Shown here: positions 27,024 to 38,869 of the stretch, one piece after another
Position numbering within the stretch: position 1 is the first letter of the stretch
How the letters are laid out: each line of letters begins with the position of its first letter
Assembly: GCA_013239625.1 (NCBI GenBank)
Contig: MU053594.1
Coordinates: 1,926,127-1,990,126 of the forward strand
Reading direction: 5' to 3'
DNA length: 64,000 bases
From: Lama guanicoe
Taxonomy: Eukaryota
Program-made: the position numbers and the translations under genes
The notes under the pieces: generated by a model
Databases searched by the model: none
What the model was told of the DNA's origin: nothing
What the model saw: the letters and a program-made list of their open reading frames with translations, nothing else

Positions 27024-28331
27024 TTTAGCAAATTCACCTCTACAGAGTAATCCTCGTGAGTGTGGGTATGGATGAAAAAGACCAATTTGTAACCGGTGGT
27101 CCTTTCAGGACAGTTTTGGTTTTTTGTTTTTTTTTTTTGGTAAGATCTTTTGCTTTGTGACTATAGCTACTGTTGGTCGACTAAAGATACCTGTGACTCC
27201 ATCACTTAAACTTATAGATTATAATGCAGTTGGTGACCTTTGGAGTTGTGCAATATTTTGATCCCAAATAATGACTACAAAAAAACCCAAAATGGTATCT
27301 TATACACGAGATACTCTAATGCTGAAGAGATAGTACATCTTGAATGTCTCATCAAATATATTTATAAATATATTTTCCACATTGTCAGTTTCTCTTCCCT
27401 CAACTCTATCATGTCATTTCACTAAATCAATTGAGAGTGGTTTTTAGAGTCAGACAGACCAGCATTGATTAGCTTGGGTAAGTTGCAAGTGCCCCATATT
27501 ATTACTGATATCATTATCAACATCATGTTTATTCCATGGTTGACTGCTGTTCAAGTCGTGGAATTAATAAGTGTCAGATTCAGAGTTCATCCTTAGGTCT
27601 GTCTGACTCTAAAGCCCATTTTTTTTTCTGCCACTTTCTATTACCTTACTTCTTCCTTAGTTTTCTTCAACAGTAATCTCTCAACTGTGAGTAACTCTAA
27701 ACTTTGCCCCCCTAGATTTTGGGGCTTTCTGTTGTAAGCATCTCTACGGGATACTGGGAGATTGGCTTAATCCAGGACATTGAAGAATGGGGTGCTCTAA
27801 GGTGAATGAATAAATGTTCGTGTTAATTAAGAGTTAGGCTCCACCAATTGTAAACTCTATGAAGGAAGTAACTGACTTATTTATTCTTACATTTGGAGAA
27901 GAGCATGTGGAAAGGCAAAATGGAAGCAAAGAAACAAAGTAGGAAGTTACTATAATAATGCAAACAAGAGATAATGGCGACCTGGACCATTATCTGGTGA
28001 ATCTATAACAGAGGCTGACCTGTTCAGTCTTTGGAGTAGGTAATAATTAAGAGGATTTGCTGATCAATTAAACATATGTGCATTCTGAATGGTGTGGAGC
28101 TAGAGAGAGAAGAATCAAGAAGAATCCCAAGGTTTTTGACCCAAGCAACTGGGAGAATAGAAGTGTCTTTAACTGGAATAGGAAAACTGGTATAAGAGTT
28201 AGTTTGTGGAATGAAGAACAAGGGATTTCTTATGGACACCTTTATTACTTAGCTCTCCACATAGACTCTAACTCACTGAGGGCAGGTAATGTGATTTAAG
28301 CCTTCTTCCACCCCCAATAGTGCCTGGTACA

Positions 28332-28970
28332 TATGGAACTGAGCAGGACCCAGTGAGGGCTTCCTGGGGATAGACTCCCACCGCCCATGTCCCCCACCTG
28401 TTGTTTGTGGAAAAGCTCTAGCCTCCTAGGCCTTCCCTGAGTTCCAAAGAGAAAATTTAATCTGAGAAGTGAGAAAATGCAGAGACAAAGGAAAACAGTC
28501 AAACAAAACAAAATAATAATAGTTTAACCATAGAACAAAATCAAGGACCTTTAGTTGCCCCTCAAGGGCTATAGATAATATTCTGAGCCATATCCTTGAG
28601 TTGTTTTATAGATACTAAACCCCCCACCAGGTAGAAGAAGTCTACTGCGTGCTGACCACCAGCACGTGTAGACCCCAGATCGGTTGGAACCAGATGGTAG
28701 ATGGTGCTGACTCCCAAAATATCACCCATTTACCTCACCACCAACCAGTCAGAAGGATGTCTATGAGCTGACCATGCATCCCTCAACCCTTTCCTCTACC
28801 TTGCCTTTAAAAAGGCTTCCCTGAAAGACTTTGGGGAGTTCAGGTCTTCTGAGCATAGAGCTGTCTGTTCTCCTTACAATAAACGCTGTACTTTCCTTCA
28901 CCACAACCTGGTGTCAGTAGATTGGCTTTGCTGGGCACAGATGAGCAGACCCAAGTTTGGTTTGGCAACA
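28332..28970 (+). mobile_element. Solo ERV LTR between FDXACB1 and ALG9
   Basis: ggaactgagcaggaccc start, TATA-like tttaaaaa, AATAAA 28878-28883, ...tttggcaaca end; TSD not found, left boundary approximate. Confidence 0.75.
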
Positions 28971-29046
28971 CTTGGATGGTGTCAGTAGATTGGCTTTGCT
29001 GGGCACAGATGAGCAGACCCAAGTTTGGTTTGGCAACACTTGGATG
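28909..29046. repeat. Perfect 68-bp tandem duplication over the LTR 3' end and flank
   Basis: TGGTGTCAGTAGATTGG...GGCAACACTTGGA occurs twice, period 68. Confidence 0.95.
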
Positions 29047-30279
29047 AGGTAGCACTTGAGCTGGATCTTAAAACAAGGGCTGGGATGTGATGGGAAGATT
29101 GTTGACAAGGAGGGCACACATGAGCAGAGGTATAGATAAGGGAGCATTTGGGGTACTTTACAGGCTAGTTAGTTGAAATGTGAAATGTATATAGCAAAGT
29201 GGTGGGAGATGAGATTAGAAAAGTAGGTTGGGGCCGTACTTAGTTCATAAAAGCCTGAATGCTAGAATAAGAAGTATTATTTTGCAGGCAATAGGGAAAA
29301 TCTGGTGATTTTTGATTAAGGAGATGACACAGTAATGTTTTTGAAAATTAATTGGACAGTGTTGCCCAGAATCCATTTGAGATGGGAGATCCCTGTACGG
29401 ATGCAACTGTAGTGGTCCTGGGTAGAGTCAGGGAGGGGCCTGCAGTAGACTGAAATGAAAAGGAGATGGATGTATGAGATACAGCTAGGCTGGGATGTCT
29501 GAACTTGGTCACTAGTAATTTCCTATGGGAATTGAGCAAATTGATCAATCTGCATTTTCAATACTTGGGAATTTTTAGTAGGAAATCATAACCTAGGACC
29601 CTGTCAAGGTTGGTGCTCCTTCTATAACCTTGTTTTAGTTAGTGTTACAGAGCTCCCTAGGGTGGGATAGAGTTCTGTGATTGAGGGAGTAGGTAGAGTG
29701 TCAGAAACAGATGAACGACCCCTGGGAGTCACAGGCTTGTAATCTGATACAGTTGCCTGTATAAAAATGCCTGTATGAAATCAGGAGCTTTCTCCTGATC
29801 TCGTGGTTGGTAAAGCATGGGCTTTGTAGTAAGACCTGGGTTGGAATATGGCTTCTCCACTTTCTAGCCATTCAACCTTGGGCCTCAGTTTCCTTCCCGA
29901 TAAAACAAGGTTGTTGTAAGAATTAAATTTTAAAAGGATAAAATACATAAAATGCTTACCATAATACTATAGTAGGAATGGCAGTGACTGGTGCCTGGTT
30001 GAATTTGCCGTGCAGAATTTGATGTTCAAGCTCAAGTTTCTTCTTCTCATTTGTATTCTGCCATTATGGCTTTGTCTCTCTGAAGCAGGCTGTCCCTGTC
30101 ACTCACCAAAATACAGAGGACAAGGTGTCAGTGACCTTTAAAGAACTTCCTCTTTGTGCTCTCTTTTAAACCGGGGAGTTGAAGGAGGGTTTTGGTGGGA
30201 AAGTGGAGAACGCTGAGAAGTGAAGGAAGAGAGAGTTGGAGGGAGGGAGGGATGCCCAGAGTTACAAGTGTGTGGAAGG

Positions 30280-31070
30280 GGTGGCTATGACGGTAAAAAC
30301 CAAGTCTCCGGTCGCATTTCTTTTCTACACGGAAACGGGAGTTTGCTGCAATCGGCCCGGGAAAACTATCGTTTGGGTTTTTTTCTGCGCATGTCGAGGT
30401 CTTTTGTCCCTCGGCGGACGCCGTTTGCCAGCCTAGGCTATGTCTCCGCGCTCGTCGCCTCCGTAGGGTGCCGGGTTCTACCTTGCTTCCCAGGCTCGCC
30501 ATGGCGAGCCGAGGGGCCCGGCAGCGCCTGAAGGGCAGCGGGGGCAGCGGCGGGGACCCGGCCTCGGCCGCGGACAAGCTGCGGGAGCTGCTGTGCGGCC
30601 GAGAGGCGGGCGGCGCGGAGCCCCGGCCCGAGTAGGTGTGCGGGCGCGGCGGGGGCGTGGCCGGGCGGCGGGGGGCTGCGCCCGGAGGGTCTCGCCCGCC
30701 GGGTGCGGGGCTGCGCCGCGCCCGGCCTCCCGGCCGGCCTGCCTGGAGGGCCCGTAGTCTCTTCACCCTGGTCGCTCTGCTCTTCCTGGGCGGGTGGGCG
30801 TTCGGTCTTTGCCCGCCTTAGATTCGATTCCCCCGGCTCGGGTCCCGTGTCGCTGGTGAAGCAAGCCTGGAGTGCGGGTCTGTGAGGCTTCCGGCCCAGG
30901 CCTAGGGTGAGCTGGCGTCGTGGCTTTGGAGTTGGCAGAGCCGCCGTGGGAGACGTTGGCAAGAGCAAAGAGTGTGCCTCTCCGGCTGTCTCACAGCTTC
31001 CTTCATCCCCCACCAAAGTCCCGACCCTTTACCCCTTCAGTGTGGGCCCCCGAACCTCCCGCACTAGCCG
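30280..31070. promoter_or_regulatory. ALG9: ALG9 CpG island and promoter
   Basis: CpG-dense, GC-rich region around exon 1; NRF1-like TGCGCATG at 30386. Confidence 0.8.
30501..30631 (+). CDS. ALG9: Alpha-1,2-mannosyltransferase ALG9, exon 1
   Basis: gccATGG; MASRGARQRLKGSGG...EPRP GA|gtaggt; 131 nt. Confidence 0.95.
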
Positions 31071-31537
31071 CCAGCTCTCTCCCGGGGGCTGCAGGTTAGA
31101 ACTGCATTAGGGAGCTGTCAACAAACGGAATTGGAAGAGGAGATGTACCTCGCACATGTCAGGCCCCTGTGTATTTGAACAGATGGCGAAATGAATAAAG
31201 CCATGAAAAGTAACGACCTTGTTAAGAGAGGAAAGAAAAGGCAAACGAGAGCTTTGTCGCTTTCAAATGAGCGAGTGGTTGACTCGGGATAAGCGGAGTG
31301 TCAGGGATGCAAAGAACTAAAGTGCATGAGTTAGCTTACACTTTAAAAGTAGGAAGGCGTGATTAAGGTTTTGAAGGTCTTAATTCGTTCCTTATAATAC
31401 TCGCAACAACTAACAGTTCACTCTTTGAGGTGACTAATTCAAGTACTTTGATGTCTCTTGCCATTGTTGTCATTTCTGTCTAGTTTTAGTCCTAGTTAGC
31501 AAGTCCTTCCTGACACTTTTTTTCTTCTTCTGAGCAG

Positions 31538-31676
31538 GTTATCTGGGAACAAAGCAGGACAAGTCTGGGCACCTGAAGGTTCTACTGCTTTCAAGTGTCT
31601 GCTCTCAGCAAGGTTATGTGCTGCTCTCCTGAGCAACATCTCTGACTGTGATGAAACATTCAACTACTGGGAACCA
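31538..31676 (+). CDS. ALG9: ALG9 exon 2
   Basis: gagcag|G TTA...NISDCDETFNYWEP|gtgggt; 139 nt. Confidence 0.96.
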
Positions 31677-32094
31677 GTGGGTTATTTCTTTAGTTTTCTT
31701 TTTCTCTTGTTTTGTTCTTGATTTCACTGCTTGGGACTTTGTTATTAATCAAGATACAATTAATATACAAGTGTGACTACTAGTAAAATAACTTTTCACT
31801 TTCACATTCTAAGCTGATGATTTACCTACTATTGAAGGGTGTAGGAATCTGGCTGTTTTACGAAAAGGTGTAATTTGTAATTTTCTTCAAAATTTTTAAA
31901 AATAGAAATAATACATTGAGGTAGTTTTAAAATATTAAGTGTAAAGGAAGAGCAGTAGCTCCCTGTTCCATTTCTCATGTCCAAATCCCTGGCCCCAGCG
32001 CAACCACTTTATTTAAACTTTTAAAGTTTTTTTTTGTTCTGATGTTTATTGAGATAAACAATGTTACTAAGTACTGTGCTTGTACTGCAAAATA

Positions 32095-32214
32095 TTGGGG
32101 GGGAGGCAATTAGATTTATTTATATTTATTTATTTATTAATAGAGATACTGGGGATTGAACCCAGGACCTTGTGCGTGCTAAGCATGCACTCTACCACTG
32201 AGCTATACCCTCCC
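32095..32214 (-). mobile_element. tRNA-Ala-derived camelid SINE (Vic-1-like)
   Basis: Minus strand GGGAGGGTATAGCTCAGTGGTAGAGTGCATGCTTAGC...GGGTTCAATCCCC plus AT-rich tail. Confidence 0.85.
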
Positions 32215-32639
32215 TGCATACTGATATTTCTTGACTTAGAAATTTATAAGTCTGTTGAACTTACTATTATAGAAAATTCAGAGGTGAAATTTTCTAATTT
32301 TTTTCTGAGCATAAAAAAATAAATAATGCTTAATGTAGGTAGTTTAAGGAAAATCTAAGATTTAGTGTTTTGGCTAATGAGTATGAAAAAAAAATGGAGG
32401 GTAAAATTCAAGCTTTCAGTGTTGACCAAACAGTAATCTTGTAGGTTTTATAATGTCTTAATGTTTTCAGTATTGCGTCATTTTGATTCTTATCCAATAG
32501 TTGCAAATCTTGTTGTGAATTTCAGCATTTTTGTGTACCTTTGTCTCACTAATATTTTTGCTTAGAAACTTCACCTGCATCCTCTTAACAAGGATTTTTG
32601 GCCAATATAACCCTGAATCCATCTGTTTTGTACTTTCAG

Positions 32640-32774
32640 ACACACTACCTCATCTATGGGAAGGGATTTCAGACTTGGGAATATTCCCCAGCCTATGCCA
32701 TTCGCTCCTATGCTTACCTATTGCTTCATGCCTGGCCAGCTGCATTTCATGCAAGAATTTTACAAACTAATAAG
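32640..32774 (+). CDS. ALG9: ALG9 exon 3
   Basis: ttcag|THYLIYGKGFQTWEYSP...LQTNK|gtaagg; 135 nt. Confidence 0.96.
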
Positions 32775-33349
32775 GTAAGGACAGGCCAACCTGGAAGCAG
32801 TCACAATTGATCAAGAGATGGGTGAGTCTCTGGAACAGTTTTGTGAAAAGGACAAAATAGATTGGTAGTTCAGAGGGGACTTTTTTGGAAGAAGAATTTT
32901 TTTTTTAATGAGTTTTAAAGATTTATTATGTATTTATTTTAAAATTGAAGTATAGTTGATGTACAATGTCATATGTTACAAGTATACAATATAGTGATTC
33001 ACAATTTTTAAAGCTTATACTCCATTATAGCTATTACAAAATATTGGCTATATTCTCTATGTTGTATAATACGTCCTTGTAGCTTATTTTATACCTGATA
33101 GTTTATACCTCTTAATCTTTCACCTCCATCTTGACCCTCCCCTCTCCCCACTGATAACCACTAGTTTCTTCTCTACATTGAAAAACGATCTTTTATTCAT
33201 TCATTATTCCACAAGTATTAAAGGAGCAACTTCTATTTGGTAGATGCTTTGTGTTGTGGATATAACAATGACCAAATCTCTGCCCTCATGGAATTTATAG
33301 TCTAATGAGGATGATGAACATTGAACAAGTAATTATAAATGCAGTGGGT

Positions 33350-34610
33350 CTTGGAGGAAATTTGACTATGATGTGTTTTAGCATGGATTTTTTGGGTTTG
33401 TCCTGTTTGGAGTTTATTCAGCTTCTTGAACTTTTAGGTTTATGTCTTTTTCCAAATTTGGGAAGATTTAAGCTTTTTTTTTTTAGTACTTTTTCAGTCC
33501 TGCCCTGTTTCTCCTCTCCTGAGATTCTAATGAAATGAATGTTAGCTCTTTTATTATAGCTCCTGAGGGTCTCTTTATTTCTCTCTTCCAGTCTATTTTC
33601 TCTGTGTTCAGATTGAGCAAATTCTAATATGTCTTCTAGTTCACTGATTCTTTCTTCTGTCTCCTCCATTCTAGAACTGAGCCTATCCACTGAGCTTTAA
33701 TTTTGGTTGTTGTATTTTTTCAGTCCAAAAATTTCCATTTGGTTTTTCTTTATATCTTCTGTTTCTTTACCTAGACTTTCTATTTCATTTGTTTCAAGCA
33801 TGTTCTTGATTGCTTATTAAAGTTTATTAAACTTATTATTAAACTTATTAAAGTTTTTATAATGGCTTCTTCAAAACTTTGTAAGATAATTCTAACATCT
33901 CATCTTGTTTTTGGTATCTGTTGATTGACTTTTTCCTTCAGCTTGAGATCTTTCTGGTTGACAAGTCATTATCAGTTGAAACTTGGACATTTTGGGTATT
34001 ACCTTATGAGATTCTGGATCTTATTCAGGGGCCCAGCGTGCTGTCTACACCATTCTGCTTCTCTTATTTAAGCTTCTCTTTTAGCTGGCTTCTTTTGATA
34101 CTACTCAAGCAGAAAAAGGAGAGGATTCTCCACCTGATTACTGCCAATAGGACTAGAAGTCCAGGTTACCCACTAGGCCACCACTGATATCACACTAGTG
34201 GGCAGGGTTGAGGTACCTCATTACTGCTATGTTTGGGGGAAGCAGAACTCCAGGCTCCCCAAGTGGTCTCTGCTGACACATTGGTGTGAGAGGGAGCTTG
34301 TTATCACTGGCTCAGAGTCCTTGCCTTCTACTGGACCTCTGATGGCATGGATGGGAGTGGAGCTATGTATTTTTTCTGGGGTGCTTGTCTGGAGTAGAGT
34401 GGTTATTGTCTAAAGTTTTTTGTCTAGCTAGGCTACCCCTTTCTTGGTCTTCTTGCCAGATAGAGCTGATTTTAGTTGGTGTTTTTTTGACTGTGCCCAT
34501 TGGCATTTCTAGCCACCAACTTCTTTAGCTCCAAGTCTGGAATATAGAAGTTGAAAGGAAAATCCAGGGAACTTGCCGCCATGTTGTTCCTCAGGGCCCA
34601 GAGTCCCTAG
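33350..34610 (-). mobile_element. Old L1 5'/ORF1 fragment
   Basis: Minus ORF 33418-33690 (DRLSSRMEETEERISELED...NLPKFGK) resembles L1 ORF1p. Confidence 0.8.
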
Positions 34611-35289
34611 CCAATAGATTTGATGTTGGAAGAGAGAATGAATAGTGGATTGGATTAAATTAGACTGAGAGATAGGAAGAGGCCAGCTACAACACCTTGT
34701 AGGCTTTAGGCAGTTAGACTTTGTTTTCAAAGTGCATTGTGAAGCCACCAAGTTTTTAGACAGAGGAGAGACATAATTGTACTTGCATTTTAGAATAATC
34801 AGAAAGGTAACACCTGTAGAAAGTGATGGAACTCTGTCACTCCCTTCCCTAACTAGTATCTCATTTCTGACTTTTTTGAAACTTACTTATCAGAGGAAAG
34901 ATATACAGGATGAGGAACTTAGTAGAGAAATAATATTCAGTGCTTAAGGTTTTCATTTCCACTTGGATATCCACTGTCACTTCAAATTTGGCATATTCAA
35001 CACAGAATTTTTCCTCTTAACATCAGTGATACAAACAGCAGGTAAAACAGGAATGAAAATTTCCCTTCTCTTGTTCTTCCTGTCTTCTCCCTTTTAGTTT
35101 CTGCCAGTGGGAGCCATGTGGCAAGGGGGAATTGTAGGTGGTAGAGTCGCAGCATCGTAATGCTGAGTAGAGGAGGGTGGGTTTCTGCTGAGAGTCAATA
35201 TGGTAATAATTGGCACCCCTTGTGATGGTTACCTTTCCAACTTCTTGCTCCCCTAAACGAGAACAGCTTTGTTTTGTCTCCCTATGGAT

Positions 35290-36880
35290 TGGAGTGTGAA
35301 TTCCTCTGAACTGTACTCTCAGGAGTGGGATCCACGGGCTACTTAATTTCATGGAGCATTGCCAGATCGCTCTCCAGAATGGCTATTCAACTTTATACTC
35401 CCTGCAACAGTATTTGAGGTTTCAGCTTCCTAACATCTCCTGAGCACTCGATATTTCTGACTTTCTCACGTTTGCTCTTTTCACGTAGGTGAGATGCTTT
35501 CTCATTTTAATTGCATTTCTCTGACTGCTAGTAAGGTAGAGCATTTCTTTGTATATTTATTCGTCATTCAGTTTTCCTTTTCTGTGAATTTCCTTTTATT
35601 ATTATTTATTATTATCATTATATATATATATTTTTTTTAATGAAGGTACTGGGAATTGAACCCAGGACCTTGTGCATGCTAAGCATGTGCTCTACTGCTG
35701 AGCTATACCCTCCCCCCTTAATTTCCTCTTTATATCCTTTGCCTGTTTTTCAGTTGGGTTTTCTGGTTTTCTCTTCTGATTTGGAGAAATTCTCAATAGT
35801 AACCCCTTGTAAGTTTTAGATACTGGAAATACTTTCTCTAAGGCTGTCACTTCTCTGTTACCTTTGTCTGTGGTTCTTTGTTGAACAGAAATCCTTAATT
35901 TTGATAGAGTCAAACCAATTAGTTTTTCACTTATGATTGGTGAGTTTTGTGTCTTGTTAAATCCTTCCCCACAGGTCACAAAGATATTCTTACGTGTTTT
36001 TTTTCTATTAACTTTATAATTTTATCTTTTACATATAAGGCTTTAATTCATTTGAATTTTATTTTTTATAAATTGTAGAAAGATTCAGCTTTATTTTTTG
36101 CTATATGATGGACTGGATTTTCCAGACTACCAGTTAAATAATTCAGCCTTTTCTTTCTGATTTGTAATACCATTTCTGTCATACATCTCATTCCCATATA
36201 TATGTTTCTGGCCTTTTTAGTCTATGTCATTGGTCAGTTTGCCAGTGAGCATCATATTGTTTTTATTACAGCTTCATAATGTGTGTTACTATTTGGCTGA
36301 TGAATTTCTCACTTTATCTATTTTAAAATTTGTATTTGGAAAATCATTTTAGAATGAGTTTGCCCCTCTCCCAAATTCTGGTAGGTTTTGATTGGAGTTG
36401 CATTGACTACATATTAATATGAGAATCAGTATTTTTACAGGGTTAAGTCGTTCCATCCTTAAAATGATATATTTATCCATTTAGTCAGGTTTTCCATGTC
36501 TTTTAATAAAATTTAAGGGATATAGCCATTTCAGGCTTATCTAATCTTTGATAGGATAATGCTTAGATTTTTTTTACACGTTCTGTTACTGTTATGAATG
36601 GTGTCTTATCTTCTGTAACTTTTTAGGAGGTTATTGTGGAAATAGAGGAACACAGTTGAGTTTTGCTTTTTGATCTTAATCTAAATCTCACTAAATTTCC
36701 GTATGTGTCAATGGTTTGTCAGATGAATCTCTTGGATTCTCTTTCATCTGTGTATATAGAGTTTCATTTCTTCTGTTCTGTTCCTTACACTTCATTTCTT
36801 TTTTTGTGTCTTTTTGCACTGACCAGACATCCAGTTGCTATGTTGGATATTAGTTGTCATGAGGACATCACTGTTCTGCT
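35290..36880 (-). mobile_element. Old L1M fragment (hosts a SINE)
   Basis: Antisense L1 3'/ORF2-like segments (cattttaattgcatttctctgac, ttgattggagttgcattga); boundaries approximate. Confidence 0.7.
35599..35717 (-). mobile_element. Vic-1-like SINE
   Basis: gaacccaggaccttgtgcatgctaagcatgtgctctac...gagctataccc; approximate TSD AATTTCCT. Confidence 0.85.
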
Positions 36881-37956
36881 ACAATTGTCCCAGTACAAGT
36901 CTTATATTAACTTATGTTGATTTTTAACTTTCTAAATGTGTTCTTGTATTCTCCCCAACCAGATGAGGAGTCCTTAAATACAGACACTTTGAACTCAAGT
37001 TATCTCTATTCTTAGTAACATCTAGTAGAGTGCTCCATGCATAGTAGATTTTCAGTGCCTTTTTATTGAATTAATGAATGAATCTGGGCATTTGCTGATC
37101 ACTTGATTGAATTCTTTTTGGAATTTTTTGGTTATGTGATGAAAATGGAAAATATTTTTAAGTTATATGCAATAAAATTAATCACAGAATATATTTAAAT
37201 AATGCTTATATTCTAAGGTATTCAGTGCTCCTAAACATACCAGTATACTGAAGTATAAAACTATTCTATACAATTCCTATTATTTTGTTATTTTTAGTTT
37301 TAAAATTCATGTTCTTAAGTATGAAATTAATAAAACCACATCACAGATATTTGGAAGATAGGAGCAAATTATGCACCTAAGTCCCGCTAGTCTGATATAG
37401 CCACTTTTACCATTTTATTTCTTTTCAGTCTTTTCTTATACTTCTCATTTCCATAGCGGTGACTCCAATGTGTAAATAACATTATATCATGCATTTTCAT
37501 TTCATATTTTGTAATAATAATTTTTAATAATTATAGCCAGTTATTGTAATTGTCTAAGGAATCCTTATTGAATGAATGAGCTTTATATCATAAGAATTTT
37601 TCCACTGCCTTTGTAACCATAAATTTTAATATCTCTATCATAGTCTGTGAAATAGATACAGCATAATTTAACCATTTCCCTGTAATTGAACATTTTGTAG
37701 TTTTTAAAATAGTTTTTACTAAATTTGTAGTGCTGCAGTTAACATTTTTATCAATAGAATGTCTGGCCTGGAATCAAAGAAGTACATATACTGAATTTAG
37801 GAATATGAAAATTTGCATGGTTCTTAATACATATTGCTTTTCAAAAGGATTATACCAGTTTACAGTTATTGATAACAAATGAGAGTGGTTTAATCTTTGA
37901 GAGTTTTTCTAATGTGTGTCTGTGACTTCAGTTTTCTTGTTCTGGGTTTCTTTCAG

Positions 37957-38027
37957 ATTCTTGTCTTTTACTTTTTACGATGTCTGCTGGCTTTTGTGAG
38001 CTGCATATGTGAACTGTACTTTTACAA
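37957..38027 (+). CDS. ALG9: ALG9 exon 4
   Basis: tttcag|ILVFYFLRCLLAFVSCICELYFY AA|gtgagt; 71 nt. Confidence 0.95.
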
Positions 38028-38869
38028 GTGAGTATGAAAGCTCTGCGTCTAAAAGTGCAAGGAGGAAGCCCCATGTAGCATAGATTATAGCAGGATGCTC
38101 CGTGCATAGTAGGTTTTCAGCACCTTTTTATTGAATTAATGAGTGAATCTTCATAAGGAGTGTTTAGAAATAGAGAACACTTTCCTTCTAGCTCCTAATA
38201 TTATATCTAAAGTGCGGTTTTTTGTTTGAAACAGACCAGTGGAAGGGACTACTTCTAATTATCTTTCTTTCCTGAGATAATACATACTGTATCTGCATAT
38301 TATTGATTTTAATTCTGTTAATATATGTCTTACTGGCCTTTTATGTGGTAGGATTTGGCAGATCCCCTTCTTTTTAATACTAAGAGATAGGGTCTTGATT
38401 TACCTCTTCCCCCTTGGAGCTTAGCTGACAGGAAATTATTCCCAGTGTGGGACTCACTGCTCTTGTTCGCACCCACTGCATTCTGTTTCACCAAGTACCT
38501 GCTGGTTGATTGAATATTAGTCGTAGTATTAAGTAAGCAGTTAAGTGTTCCAGTAATAAAAAATAGCTACTTTTTTTGCGTGAAACCTAACAAACATCTT
38601 ATTGTAATAATGCTTCAAGAGGTGTTTGGATTTAATAATCATTGTTTAAAGTCTTCCCACTGCAGAACAGCCAAAAATGTCAGGTAAAAAAGTTCTTTGG
38701 TCTTGACTCTGAGTGGAATAGAGGGAAAAAGAAATCCAGTGCCTTTGAGGATTATTACCTTAAGTTGATCTTCATATGAGTTCAGGACTGAATTCAGATC
38801 ACCCTCAGGGTCCAAGTTGAGCATTTATTTTAAATTATTCTAGCTTGGTAGTGTCTCCAGGCATCTTGT

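Noticed and set aside
28909..29046. Repeat pair as a CRISPR-like array
   Set aside because: Two adjacent identical copies with no spacer, in a mammalian LTR; a simple tandem duplication
30128..31016. 212- and 192-aa minus-strand ORFs at ALG9 exon 1
   Set aside because: Antisense shadows of a CpG island
32142..32214. Apparent tRNA-Ala gene (also near 35645-35715 and 50360-50430)
   Set aside because: Diverged stems, AT-rich tails and TSDs indicate SINE copies, not tRNA genes
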